Below, piece after piece: positions 1 to 10,463 of a stretch of 64,000 nucleotides of DNA. Under the pieces are notes generated by a model. That model ran no database searches. It saw nothing but the letters and a program-made list of their open reading frames with translations, and had not been told where the DNA came from. A program made the translations under genes and the position numbers. The stretch's first letter is position 1. Every line of letters starts with the position of its first letter. The stretch lies in contig CAWCYD010000003.1 in NCBI GenBank assembly GCA_963799775.1, positions 1,248,001-1,312,000 on the forward strand. The letters are read 5' to 3'. This DNA comes from an uncultured archaeon. Its GTDB lineage: Archaea; Thermoproteota; Nitrososphaeria; Nitrososphaerales; Gagatemarchaeaceae.

Positions 1-187
1 CCATGCCCGAGCACGCGCCCAGAGAGGAGAGCAACGCTCTCATCGGTCCGATGCCTCGCGCGGTCCTCTTAGAGAGTGAGGAGTCGAAGACTATTGAGTG
101 TCCCGCCTCGTCGCTGCCGACGAAGAGGTCGTTGTCCACCCACTCTACGCTGACCTTTGATGTTGTTTGGGGCTCCTCAGCGCTCAC
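1..187 (-). CDS. OsmC family protein (N-terminal part, runs off window)
   Basis: Hand translation from GTG at 187: MSAEEPQTTSKVSVEWVDNDLFVGSDEAGHSIVFD...GIGPMRALLSSLGACSGM; OsmC/YhfA-type motif; GTGA overlap with upstream stop. Confidence 0.8.
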   Translation of the reverse strand, partial: MSAEEPQTTSKVSVEWVDNDLFVGSDEAGHSIVFDSSLSKRTARGIGPMRALLSSLGACSGM

Positions 188-734
188 TCTATCTTGACCT
201 CTACCGGCCTGGACTTGCCAGAGGCTTTCCCCTTCTCTAGGTAGGTGTCCTCCTTCCCCAGGCGATGTTCACGCTTGCTACGATGGCGTGACGGCCGGCA
301 CCGATGGACTCGGCCGGAATCTCAAACCTCTTGACGACGTCGAGGAACTTGGCGCGCGCGTCGTCCGCATTGAGCGGGATGATGGGTGCGCCGCCCTCTT
401 CGTGCACGATCGCGGCCCATATCCTGTATGGCAGGTCGGGGTCCCTGCTCCAGTAGAACCGCGCTCGCCTGACCTCCTTCCCTGTCGCGTCGAGCTTCTT
501 CCCGGAAGAGACCGTGGTGTCCATCATGAGCCTGACCAGCTTGTCATTGTCCTCCCAGGCCATCGTCCAGACGCTTGGATTGAAAGATTCACGGAGGCCG
601 CCGACCACCCTGAAGCCTACGGTGAGTCCGACCTTGTCTTTCAGGGAGACGACGCCCTTGTCTAAGACTATCTTCACGTCGGCGAGGCTGGTCTTCGGCC
701 AGGAGTAGTCGCTCCGTCTGTCCAAGAGAGACAT
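184..734 (-). CDS. hypothetical protein (frameshift near 250)
   Basis: ORF 237..842 from ATG at 734; after a 1-nt shift continues YLEKGKASGKSRPVEVKIE* to a TGA overlapping the OsmC start. Confidence 0.6.
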
Positions 735-823
735 GACGAATCGGGCTCCCGTGGCCTCCGCGTTATAAGCCTGAGCCGCGCGAAAAACGCCTATATCCTC
801 TGGCAGACCGAATCTGCTCCTCC

Positions 824-1576
824 GTGAGTCCTCCTGCTGCACAGCCGACCGAGAGACGAACTGCAGTCGAGGCGAAGGAGACGTTTGTGGAGAGGCATCC
901 GCACATCGCTGGGAGAGGCCTCATCTCGGCGTCGGCTCTCGGTCTGGCGGACGGCCTCGTGACGAACCTCGCGTTCATGACGGGGTTCAGCGGGGCGGTC
1001 TCAAGCGAGTCGCTCATCAGGTTCGCCGGACTGGCTGCGATGATCGCGGGGTCCGTCTCGATGTTCTTCGGAGGGGCCCTCAGCGCGCGGTCTGAACGAG
1101 ACCTCTTCAGCGCAGATTCGAGGAGGGAGGCGTTCGAGATGGAGCACGAGACCGACGAGGAGGTGCACGAGTTGAAGATGATCTACATGGACAAGGGCCT
1201 GACCGAGGAGGAGGCAGACATGGTTGTGGCAAGGCTGCTCAGCAACAAGGAGAGGTTCCTCGAGGACATGCTCAACAACGAGCTGCACGTCCACAAGGAC
1301 AACCTCCAGAACCCATACAAGCTCGGCGCTGTCATCGGGCTCTCCTTCTTCATAGGGGCGCTTGTCCCGCTCATCCCGTATCTCCTGGTCTCCGTGAAAT
1401 CCTCCGCCCAGACGGCTTCCGTGATCGCGTCTCTGATCTTCCTCTTCGCGGCGGGCGAATGGAAGGGGCGCGTGGTCAAGAGGAAGCCTCTGAGAAGCGG
1501 ACTGGAGACCTTGCTCGTCGGCGCGGTGGCGGCGGGCATCCTGTTCGTGATCGGAAGCGCGTTCGTCTTCGTCTAG
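824..1576 (+). CDS. VIT1/CCC1 family Fe/Mn transporter
   Basis: LGLADGLVT, AGSVSMFFGGALS, SFFIGALVPLIPY motifs. Confidence 0.9.
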   Translation: MSPPAAQPTERRTAVEAKETFVERHPHIAGRGLISASALGLADGLVTNLAFMTGFSGAVSSESLIRFAGLAAMIAGSVSMFFGGALSARSERDLFSADSRREAFEMEHETDEEVHELKMIYMDKGLTEEEADMVVARLLSNKERFLEDMLNNELHVHKDNLQNPYKLGAVIGLSFFIGALVPLIPYLLVSVKSSAQTASVIASLIFLFAAGEWKGRVVKRKPLRSGLETLLVGAVAAGILFVIGSAFVFV

Positions 1577-2705
1577 GCGCCGCAGACCTTCTCGATCATC
1601 TTCTCGTAGATGGAGACCGCCTTTCTGGCTTGCGAGAGCTCCACGAACTCGTCGACGATGTGGATGTCCTTCAGGTCGCCGGGCCCCATCACGACGGACG
1701 GGATGCCGTGCTTGGAGTAGAGCGAGGCCTCGGTCCCGTACGGAGCGACCTCGGACTTGGACCCACTGACTGACTCTGCCATCTTGACCAGCGGATGCGC
1801 ACTCGGGAGCTTCAGCGACGGGCTGTCGTACATGAGCTCCACCCGGGCCTCGAGCGTGGGTCCCTCTTCCTCAGCGAGGACACGAGCGAGCGGAGGCCCC
1901 TCTCCACGAACGCGGTCCCGTGCCTCGGTATCCAGCGCGAGTCGACGATCAGCTCGCACTGCTCGGGGATGACGTTGCTCTTCGTCCCTCCCTTGATGAC
2001 GGTGGGCGTCGCGATCGTGGGGCCCAGGTCGTCGTCCGGTGACTTTGCGAGTGTGCGCTCCCAGAAGGAGATGGCCTCGATGATGTCGGCGCACTTCTCT
2101 ACGGCGTTGACCCCCATGTCCGGCGTGCTCGCGTGGGCGCTCCTCCCCTTCACGATGACGCGGAAGTCCGCGAGGCCCTTGTGAGCCCTGATCGGTCGGA
2201 GGCCCGTCGGCTCGCCTATGACGCCGAACCGTGCGGCGCCTTCCGGGATCGCATTCCGCGCGTAGAGCGCTTTCAAGCCGTCGAACCCCACCTCCTCGCC
2301 GGCGGTGGCGACGAACAAGATCCCTCGTCTGAGGTCTCGGCTCTTGGCCTTGGCCTCGATGGCCTTCAGAATGGCGGCGACGCCGGTCTTCATGTCGGCG
2401 GCGCCCCTGCCGTAGAGCCTGCCTCTTCTCACCGTCCCTTTGAACGGCTGCGAAGACCACGCGGATTCGTCTCCGGCCGGCACGACGTCGATGTGGCCCG
2501 CCAGCAGGAGGCCGGGCTCGCGAGGCCCGAACCTCGCCACCAAGTTCGCGCGTCCGGGCTCGAACACGTCGAGTCGCAGTTCCGCGCCATCGATGTGCAT
2601 GTCAGCCAACTGGTCGCGGATGAACCGAGCGCAGCCCTCCTCGTTCCCGGGAGGGATCTCCGTCCTGAAACCGATCAGGGACCTCGCGAGCTCTACCAGT
2701 TCCAA
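1573..2705 (-). CDS. M20 family deacylase (ArgE/DapE-like), frameshift near 1858
   Basis: GHIDVVP, GRGAADMKTG, GEEVG, GEPT, GPGD..IHIVDEFV motifs split across ORFs 1812..2876 and 1573..2460. Confidence 0.9.
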
Positions 2706-2801
2706 AGCAGGTGGAAGCTGGGCGCGCGTCGTTGTTATTGCTTTCCTGAGACCTGGCGAGCGACTAAGGTTATAGCGGCCGCGGAGGCGCGCGTATTCCG
2801 A

Positions 2802-3608
2802 ATGGCCCGAAAACGACCGGTCGTGGCCCTCTCCGACGTGAGCCTGGTCCTCGACGGGAAGAGAGTCCTGAGCCACGTCGACTGGGAGGTCCTGCCCGGA
2901 GAGAACTGGGTTGTCATCGGGCCCAACGGGGCGGGAAAGACAAGCTTGCTCAGCATCATCAACGGCTACAGGTGGCCCTCGGAAGGGAAGGTCTCTGTCT
3001 TGGCACGGAGGTTCGGTGAGGCGGACCTGAGAGAGCTCAGGACGCAGACAGGTCTGGTGAGCTCATATCTGGACCCGATGATCGGAGGTGAAGAAAAGGT
3101 CCTGGAGCTTGTGCTCAGCGGCAAGTTCGGGTCGACGCGCGTCTGGGGAAGGGTCAGCGATTCGGACGTTGCGAAGGCGAGATCTCTGCTCCGGTCCCTC
3201 GGGTGCCTCGAGCACCTGAACAAGGCGTTGCGGGAGGTCTCGCAGGGCGAGAGACAGAAAGTCGCCATAGCCAGAGCGATGATGGCGAGTCCATTACTCC
3301 TGGTCCTGGACGAGCCTTGCGAGGGTCTGGACATCGCCTCGAGGGAGAGCCTTCTCGACGGGCTCGGGCAGCTCACGTCAACGAGGGGCGGCCCGACGTT
3401 CATCGAGGTGACGCACAGGACCGAGGACGTGCCCCTGGGATTCACTCACGCGCTCCTCCTGAGGGGCGGTCGCGTGGTTGCCGCGGGGCCGCTCGCGTCG
3501 ACGCTGACGGACGCCAACCTGTCGAGATGTCTGGGCGTGGAGCTGGAGCTGAAGCGATGGGGAGGAAGGCGCTACATGGTCCGGGCCAGACGCAGGGGCC
3601 GCATGTAA
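2802..3608 (+). CDS. ABC transporter ATP-binding protein (ModF-like)
   Basis: GPNGAGKT Walker A, SQGERQ signature, LVLDEP Walker B; ATG at 2802. Confidence 0.9.
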   Translation: MARKRPVVALSDVSLVLDGKRVLSHVDWEVLPGENWVVIGPNGAGKTSLLSIINGYRWPSEGKVSVLARRFGEADLRELRTQTGLVSSYLDPMIGGEEKVLELVLSGKFGSTRVWGRVSDSDVAKARSLLRSLGCLEHLNKALREVSQGERQKVAIARAMMASPLLLVLDEPCEGLDIASRESLLDGLGQLTSTRGGPTFIEVTHRTEDVPLGFTHALLLRGGRVVAAGPLASTLTDANLSRCLGVELELKRWGGRRYMVRARRRGRM

Positions 3609-3675
3609 TCTCTCGATCTCCAACGATGCTCTTTTATCTCGCGGAAAGGTTCTTCGCCACAAGTGGACTCGTGAG

Positions 3676-4455
3676 ATGTGGCAGAGACTGGAGGTCGATG
3701 AGATGCCCGCCGAGGAGGAATCCACCCTGCTCGTGGCCCTATCGACGATGGCCCCGCAATACGCGCCCCTCTACTCACATGCGAGAGAGCTCGCGAGGTT
3801 CCTTCTTGGGAAGAAGGAGTTCGTAAGGTTCGCTACGCTCTACTCTTCTTCGCTCCCGGCGTCGGTGGCCATCGAAGAAGAGGGCGTCGCGCGTCTCCAG
3901 TCCAACCAGTTCCACCTCGCAAAGGGTTCGACACGGATCGTGATGCTGGCTGGCGACGGATCGCCCGTGGACGACCAACAAGAGTACGCCCACACAGTCC
4001 TCTCGTTCGCATCGAAGCTGGGCGTCAAGCAGGTAGTCTCAGTAGGCGCGCGCTGGTCGGAATCCCCGACCCCGCCCGGCGTTCCTCTCCGGCCTGTAGG
4101 GTTCTCGACCGACGCGGAGGGGGTCAAGACGCTCGAGGGACTCGGCGTCACCATCACAAAGGGAGAACCCGGGCCTTTCTTTCCGAACCTCGTGGTAGGC
4201 ATGGCCGCCGACTACGGGATGAGAGGCTTCAAGGTGGGCGTCGACCATGGCGAACCTGTCCCGCATCCTCGCTCGCTCATCCAGATCATCGGGTGCCTCT
4301 CTAAGATGCTCGGGATTCAGGTCGAGACTAATAGCCTAGCGGCCCGCGCGAAGGAGATGGACCAACAGGCGCCTCCTGAGGGCCTTCCCGAGGTCCCCGA
4401 AGGAGCGAGGCGGCATATACGGGTAGCCGTGCGGCTCCCGCAAAGCTCTAAATAA
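3676..4455 (+). CDS. PAC2 family (proteasome assembly chaperone-like) protein
   Basis: FATLYSSSLP, GVKQVVSVGA, PHPRS..IIGCLSKMLGIQVET pattern typical of PAC2. Confidence 0.7.
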   Translation: MWQRLEVDEMPAEEESTLLVALSTMAPQYAPLYSHARELARFLLGKKEFVRFATLYSSSLPASVAIEEEGVARLQSNQFHLAKGSTRIVMLAGDGSPVDDQQEYAHTVLSFASKLGVKQVVSVGARWSESPTPPGVPLRPVGFSTDAEGVKTLEGLGVTITKGEPGPFFPNLVVGMAADYGMRGFKVGVDHGEPVPHPRSLIQIIGCLSKMLGIQVETNSLAARAKEMDQQAPPEGLPEVPEGARRHIRVAVRLPQSSK

Positions 4456-4479
4456 CTCCGAAAAGGTTTGCGGTCCAAT

Positions 4480-4830
4480 ATGTCCGTTTCTGAAGAAGTC
4501 GACTTGAAGGAGGTCCAAAAGCAGCTCGCAAAAGTGGTCGACCCAGAGATAGGGATGCCGATAGTCGAGATGAACCTCATCGACAAGCTCGAGATTCAAG
4601 ACGGAATCGTCAACATCGAGTATCATGCGACGACCCCTTACTGCCCGCCCATTTTCGCCCTCAAGATTTCTCAGGACATGAAGAACTATGCGCAGCAGGT
4701 GAAGGGCGTCAAGGATGTGAAGGTCACTGTCAAGGGCCATTATCTGGCTGATGCTGTGAACAAGCAGGTCAACAAGCCCCATGCGCCGCCGCAGCAGCCA
4801 CAGCAGCAGCAACCCACCCAGCCAAAGTGA
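4480..4830 (+). CDS. DUF59/SufT-like metal-sulfur cluster assembly factor
   Basis: VVDPEIGMPIVEMNLI and TTPYCP motifs. Confidence 0.85.
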   Translation: MSVSEEVDLKEVQKQLAKVVDPEIGMPIVEMNLIDKLEIQDGIVNIEYHATTPYCPPIFALKISQDMKNYAQQVKGVKDVKVTVKGHYLADAVNKQVNKPHAPPQQPQQQQPTQPK

Positions 4831-4891
4831 CAGCGGCACGAGGCCGGGACGCGGAGGCTGGCCCCAATTCATCCTTGAAGGGAAGGCCCGG

Positions 4892-5209
4892 ATGGTGGAG
4901 CTCCTGTCCAAAGTCGCAGAGATAGACGCAGCTCTCGAGCGCGTCAGGTCTTCGGCCGACAGGGTGCTGGGTGGTGACGCGTCCTTCAAGGAACAGACTT
5001 ACGAGGACATCTTCGCCCTCAACAACGCGATAGGGAGGCTCGCGCGCGAATGACCCGAGATGATGCGGAGGATGAAGGAGCTGCAGGCCTTTGTGAACAT
5101 GATCACCGTCGGGATAAAGTACGACAGGCCCGATGACGTGCGCGAGGGTCTCTCTGCGGTGGAGAAACTACTGGACGCGATGAAGAAGGAATCTGCTGAA
5201 TCGCCATAA
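4892..5209 (+). CDS. hypothetical helical protein (in-frame TGA at 5051, probably sequence error)
   Basis: Coding-like codon usage continues in the same frame after TGA (PEMMRRMKELQAFVNMITVGIKYDRPDD...) to TAA at 5209. Confidence 0.5.
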
Positions 5210-5242
5210 GGATTTATTAGAAGGGTTGGCTGATTTTCCAGC

Positions 5243-5656
5243 ATGACAGAGACGAAGGTGACGGATTTCGCCGTCGTCAAGGTCGCCGAGGTCGGGTTTG
5301 CGGATGAGGACGGCCTGGAGGGACTCGTGCTCCTAAAGGCGGATCAGATGGACGGCAGCTTCACGATGCGCGCCTTCTCCGGCGAGACAGCCATGCACAT
5401 GTCGAGGTTCGACAAGGGCGACCGGTCCTCGATCCCCTCCGTCTACAACATGATCGAAGAATTCGCCGAGAAGGAAGGGCTCCATCTTGCGGGCATAGAG
5501 GTCTACCCCTCGGGGACTGTGTTGAGATCTGATCTCCAGTTCGTAGGCAAAGGGAAGGAGTTGCTCCTCACGGGTTACAGGGCCTCGGACGCGATAGCGA
5601 TTGCGCTCTTCTACGACGCTCCGATTCTTCTCCATCGCTCGCTGCTCGAGCATTGA
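5243..5656 (+). CDS. bifunctional nuclease (DUF151) family protein
   Basis: RASDAIAIALFYDAPI motif. Confidence 0.75.
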   Translation: MTETKVTDFAVVKVAEVGFADEDGLEGLVLLKADQMDGSFTMRAFSGETAMHMSRFDKGDRSSIPSVYNMIEEFAEKEGLHLAGIEVYPSGTVLRSDLQFVGKGKELLLTGYRASDAIAIALFYDAPILLHRSLLEH

Positions 5657-5703
5657 AAGAAAGTTAAAAGAGACTGCGGAAGCGACTAGGAGCCCGTACC
5701 GTA

Positions 5704-6069
5704 TTGGTCAAGATCTCCTTCAAACCGTATGAGGAGCTCATAGTCCACGAACACCAGCGATTCCCGCTCGATGACATGGTCAGGCTGCGTTGCACCGGGA
5801 TGCAGGTCGGGAGCATCGCCCCGAGCTTCCAATGGGCGGACGGGCTGGTGATGTGGAGGGAGACGTTCCCTCAGAACGAGGAGATAACGAAGGAGAACCT
5901 CGAAGGGCGAGTGCACTGGCTCTGGGTCGGATACTCCGACATGTCAGAATACAAGCCGAGCCTCTCGTACAAGGAGACGAGCGTTACGATCCCCGTCGTC
6001 GACCTGAGCAGCAACCCAGTCTACAGCGCTGCCTCCAAATGGTTGAGGGACCAGAAGGGACCGCAGTAG
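5704..6069 (+). CDS. hypothetical protein
   Basis: 121-aa ORF with host codon usage, TTG start behind an AT-rich promoter. Confidence 0.65.
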   Translation: MVKISFKPYEELIVHEHQRFPLDDMVRLRCTGMQVGSIAPSFQWADGLVMWRETFPQNEEITKENLEGRVHWLWVGYSDMSEYKPSLSYKETSVTIPVVDLSSNPVYSAASKWLRDQKGPQ

Positions 6070-6085
6070 CCCGTTGCCCGTCGGG

Positions 6086-7117
6086 ATGAGAAGAAAGGTG
6101 CCGTCTCGGCCCTCCCTGGGGAAGCTGCCCCCCGAGCTCATGACGAAGTATCTCTTCGGCATGACGGGGGCGAGCTCCAGCAAGGTCGTCGTCGAACCGG
6201 CCCTTGGACTGGACTTTGGCGTCGTGAAGCTTGGCATGGGGGAGGGAAGAAGGGAGAGGTATCTCATCGTCTCCTCAGACCCGATAACCGGAGTTAGCGA
6301 GAAGGCCGGCTGGTACGCGGTCAACGTCAGCGCGAACGACGTCGCGACGAGCGGGAACAGGCCCGGTTTCATGCAGTCTGTGATCCTGCTCGCGGAGGAC
6401 GCCTCAGAGGAGGACGTGAAGCGGCTCTCAGCGGAGATGCACCAGACCGCCGCCGCGCTGGGCATAGCCATAGTCGGTGGGCACACGGAGCGCACGCCGG
6501 GCCTGGAGAGGCCCATAGTCGTCACCACCGCTTTCTCGATCGCGCGAGACTACGTCACGGCAGCCGGAGCGAAGGAGGGCGACACGCTGATGATGACAAA
6601 GACGGCGGGCGTCGAAGGGACGGCGATTCTCGGGACGAGCGCACGTCTCGCAAGACGGTTCGGGAAGAAGACGATGGAGGGTGCTGCAGGGTTCTTCAAG
6701 GAGCTCAGCGTCGTCGAGGAGGCCGTCCAGGCATATGGCACCGGTGCGGTCCACGCGATGCACGACTGCACGGAGGGGGGTGTCCTCGGGGCGTTCTACG
6801 AGATGGCGGCGGCCTCAGGACTGGGTCTGGAGGTGGCCGAGAGGGACATCCCGATAGCCCCAGAGACCAGCAGGATCTGCGGAGAGCTCGGGGTGGACAC
6901 TCTCAAGCTCATCAGCTCTGGGACTCTGCTGATGGCGGTGCGCAAGGGCCACGAGGGCACGGTCAGGGACGCAATCGCGTCGGCCGGGTCGACCGCGACA
7001 ACGATAGGCCGCTTCAAGCGCGGCAGGGTCGTCTTGAGTTCGAAAGGGAAGACGCAGGTGATCGACGGACCGCCCAGGGACGAGATCTGGCGGCTTCACG
7101 AAATGTCGCTGGTGTGA
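6086..7117 (+). CDS. AIR synthase-related protein (HypE/ThiL superfamily)
   Basis: SSDPITG, ANDVATSG, GGHTE, MHDCTEGG, LISSGTLL motifs. Confidence 0.9.
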   Translation: MRRKVPSRPSLGKLPPELMTKYLFGMTGASSSKVVVEPALGLDFGVVKLGMGEGRRERYLIVSSDPITGVSEKAGWYAVNVSANDVATSGNRPGFMQSVILLAEDASEEDVKRLSAEMHQTAAALGIAIVGGHTERTPGLERPIVVTTAFSIARDYVTAAGAKEGDTLMMTKTAGVEGTAILGTSARLARRFGKKTMEGAAGFFKELSVVEEAVQAYGTGAVHAMHDCTEGGVLGAFYEMAAASGLGLEVAERDIPIAPETSRICGELGVDTLKLISSGTLLMAVRKGHEGTVRDAIASAGSTATTIGRFKRGRVVLSSKGKTQVIDGPPRDEIWRLHEMSLV

Positions 7118-7133
7118 TGAGGCACCTCAGACA

Positions 7134-7340
7134 TCATGTCACGGCGCCTTTCTCCACTCTTGCCTCTCCCCCTGAGAAGGCACTGGTCTGCCGACGGTAA
7201 AACCAGTACATGATGATGCCCACGACTATGATGACTACCCCAGGGAAGCCATAGAAGAACCACGTCACGATTCCGAGCAATATCATGAGGAGGGCCGAGT
7301 AGCGGGAAAGTCTGTCGTGGTGCACAGTTACTTTAGCCAT
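7134..7340 (-). CDS. small membrane protein
   Basis: 68 aa, two hydrophobic segments. Confidence 0.6.
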   Translation of the reverse strand: MAKVTVHHDRLSRYSALLMILLGIVTWFFYGFPGVVIIVVGIIMYWFYRRQTSAFSGGEARVEKGAVT

Positions 7341-7464
7341 CTGCGCTAGCCGCTCTCCCGGTCGTGGCCGGCGTTAAAGCTCTCTGACGCCTGGCGTCAG
7401 CCTTCGCCAGCTTTTCGGCGAGCGGCTAGGCACGGGTGGACGCCGCCATGGACGGCTGCTCCGC

Positions 7465-8548
7465 TCAGGCGCTGGCCGCGTTGACCGAGAAGATCGGCGG
7501 GAGGCCGTCCGCGACGAGGGTCCACTTCCCGCCCCCGTTCCTGCTGAAGTACAGCTGGCCCGTGCCCGTGCCCACATAGACCCCGGAGGGGTCCTCCTCG
7601 TCGGTGTCCATCCCTTCTCTGTAGACGTTGTAGTATGAGCCTCGACGGGAGGCCCCTGCCGAGGGGAGACCATGTCTTCCCTCTGTCCTCAGAGTCCCAC
7701 ACCAGGAACCTCCCGCCTGGAGGGATCCGGGCGGCGCCGGACTCCTCCGGGGCGACATACACCTTCTTGGGATCGTTGTAGTCCACGGCGATCGGAAATC
7801 CGAACCTCGAGGGGAGGTTCCCTGCTATGTCCTTCCACGTCTCGCCGTTGTCGTCGCTCCTGTACTGGCCGCAGTGGTTCTGCTGGTAGATCACGTCAGG
7901 CCTCGACGGGTTGCGCACTAGGTGGTGGGGGCACTGGCCCCACTCTGGGTACTTGTTCGGGCTGAAGTCGGCCCTCAGGTTCTTGTTCTTGAAGGACCAG
8001 GACTCGCTCCCGTCGATGGTCTTGAGTATCCCTACCGAAGATATCGCCACGTGCATGGTGTCTGGGTCCCTCGGGTCTACCAGTATCGAGTGCAGGCATA
8101 GCCCTCCTGCGCCCGGGTTCCATTTCGGTCTTGTCTCCTGCCCGTAGAGCCCCTGATCCAAAGCCCAGGTCTCGCCTCCGTCCTTGCTGCGGAAGAGCGA
8201 TGCCGGGTCGACCCCGCAGTAGACGACGTCCGGCTCTTCCTCGGCGCCCGGCTCGAAGTGCCATATCCTCTTCATCGTCCAGTCGGAGCCCTTCGCGAAC
8301 CTGGGCGGCTTCTTCCCCTCCTTCCATGTCCTGCCCAGGCCCTTACTCGTCGCGACCCTGGAGCCGAGGAAGTCGTTGTTGACGGCCGCGAACATCTTCT
8401 TCTGCCGCGGGTCGAACGCGACGTGATAGATGGGAATCCCCTTGAAATGAGGCCCGGACGACCTCCATGTCTTTCTTCCGTCGCCGGACTCGAAGATGAA
8501 CGCCCCCTTCTTGGTCCCGACCATGACCAGATTTCTCGCCTTTGTCAT
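7465..8548 (-). CDS. BNR/Asp-box beta-propeller protein (frameshift near 7640)
   Basis: Repeated S-x-D-G-G-x-T-W boxes; C-terminus in ORF 7465..7758. Confidence 0.85.
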
Positions 8549-8874
8549 CGGCGAGCTTCCTCCAGTTTGCTTTCCTTGGCTCCCGACATTGTCCTACTCC
8601 CTCCCGCCACTGAGGGCAGGATGTAGATAACGTCTCCATCTTTGGTCCTTGTCGATTCCCCCTGTAGCTCCCTGATCTCCTGTTCGTTGACGAAGATGTT
8701 GATGTATCGACGCGTCCTGTCGTGCTCGTCCATTATTCTGTCCTTGAAGGACGGCAGCTTGGAGTCCAGCTGAGAGACGACGTCGAGGACGTCCCTGGCG
8801 CTCTCGATCTCAATCTCTGCCGACCCTCCAGTGTGGTCTCTCAGATGCCCCGCCAGATGTACCTTGATCGTCAA
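8545..8874 (-). CDS. MoaD/ThiS (SAMP-like) ubiquitin-like protein
   Basis: INIFVNEQEIR...DGDVIYILPSVAGG; the tail after GG is probably a frameshift artefact. Confidence 0.85.
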   Translation of the reverse strand: MTIKVHLAGHLRDHTGGSAEIEIESARDVLDVVSQLDSKLPSFKDRIMDEHDRTRRYINIFVNEQEIRELQGESTRTKDGDVIYILPSVAGGSRTMSGAKESKLEEARR

Positions 8875-9005
8875 GGGTCGCGCCTACACGGGGAGGCATC
8901 GGGGTATTTGTTTTTCACTGCGAGCGGCAAGAAGGGTATTGTTAATCGGAGTTGAACGGGATACAATCCTTATCTCACCACTCTTAGGGCCTAGCGTCCG
9001 ACCAA

Positions 9006-9780
9006 TTGCCCAAGGAGACTGGAACGGCAGCGTCACAGACGACGCCTGATGAGCAATCATGCTGGATATGCGGCAGGACATCGAGCGAGATCGGTTCCGC
9101 GCTGTCAGGAGACACCGAGGACGAGGTGAAGATCTCAAAGGAGATTGCGGCGACGAAGGCCGCCCGTGAAGCCTTGGTCTCGAACTCCTCCAAGTGGAGG
9201 GAGGGTGTGCCTGAGCCGTTCAAGGAGTTCGACCTGGCATTCGTCCTCCAGAACGCCGACCAGTTCAGGTCCATGCAGTTCCTAGGCGCCTTGATAGACG
9301 AGGCAAAGAGCACGGTCAGGGAGCTCGACGAGGTCTCCCTCTCAGTGAGGAAGGGCGCGATCATCAAGGTGAGCGGCACCGCCGTCGACGAGTCGCAGCG
9401 GGCCTCGATAGCGGAGAGGTTGAACGAGTTCGAGAAGAGGACCGGGCGCAAGCTCAAGAAGGAGCATGGACCTCCACGACGTCGAGTACCAGAGGCTCGG
9501 CTACATCGCGCGTCTGAGCGGGCTGAAGCTGCTCGACGGCATCGAGTACGTGAAGGAGGCGGGCTTATTCTACTACGACCTCCAGCTCGAGGCCAAGGAG
9601 AGGGCGCGAGTGATAGCGAGCAAGCGGAGACCGGCATGGAAGCTCAGGTCTGTGAGGTTCAAGGACTTCCCGAAGGAGGTCGCTGTCTGCACGGTGTGCG
9701 AGAGGCTGCTGACGGACTTCCGGCCTGTCCCTGAGGCGACGGTCCAGAGCAAGACCTCCAGGCCCGAAGCAAGACTCTAG
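9006..9780 (+). CDS. hypothetical protein with split CxxC...CxxC zinc finger (frameshift near 9465)
   Basis: CWICGRT in ORF 9006.. and VCTVCERL in ORF 9466..9780. Confidence 0.6.
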
Positions 9781-10463
9781 TGGCTCTGTGCCACTCTTTC
9801 TTCCCGGAGAAGAACCTCTGATCCGCTGAGCCTCAGCATGTATGCCGACACCGCGAGCATCCAGGCAAGGACCAGGCCGATGAAGATCCTCTCTGTCAGA
9901 CCTCCCACTTTTGAGGCGAACCTAGGCAAGACTGACGGCCCGAAGAAGAGGAACAGGAAGAAGACCAGAGCGAGGGTTGCGATCGCCTCGGTGTATCGGC
10001 CGAGCCCTTTGAGCGCGGGCTCGCGTGCGAATGCCCGCGATATCGATACGGCCCCGACCGCCGCAGAAAGAAATGCAAGACCGGCGACCACAAGATGGAC
10101 GGTCCCGTGGGCTGTCGCAGGACCGCTCACGTCTGTTGGGGAGACGGAGAGCATGAGCGCGCCTGCTCCCCAGACTCCAAGCAGCGCAAGGCCCGTCTTG
10201 AAGGGGCCCTTCCAAGAGACTATCGATGCGAGGCCATAGACGAAGAGAAGAGAAAAGATCCCGCGATTCACGAAGTTCAAGGCCATTATGTAGCCGTAGG
10301 GGCCCACGGCCAGGTCGCTCTCGGCCTGGCTGATTGGACTGTAGTGAGGCGGGAGCGACTGTGCGATGGCGTCCAGGACGACGTAGAGGACGATGCCAGC
10401 TGCGGTGGCACTGAAGAACGGACGGGCGCCGCGCACTCGCTTGCCATCGGGGTTGCCGCTCAA
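9777..10463 (-). CDS. DUF998 family membrane protein
   Basis: HYSPISQAESDLAVGPYG, PTD, HGTVH, GLTERIF; TTG at 10463 overlaps the true MMPL stop. Confidence 0.8.
   Translation of the reverse strand: MSGNPDGKRVRGARPFFSATAAGIVLYVVLDAIAQSLPPHYSPISQAESDLAVGPYGYIMALNFVNRGIFSLLFVYGLASIVSWKGPFKTGLALLGVWGAGALMLSVSPTDVSGPATAHGTVHLVVAGLAFLSAAVGAVSISRAFAREPALKGLGRYTEAIATLALVFFLFLFFGPSVLPRFASKVGGLTERIFIGLVLAWMLAVSAYMLRLSGSEVLLREERVAQSH

Noticed and set aside
5051-5053. In-frame TGA (also at 13497-13499 in the MMPL 5' region) suggesting selenocysteine or stop recoding
   Set aside because: Many genes here end in TGA with ATGA/GTGA overlaps, the contexts are not Cys-like, and paired indels explain both
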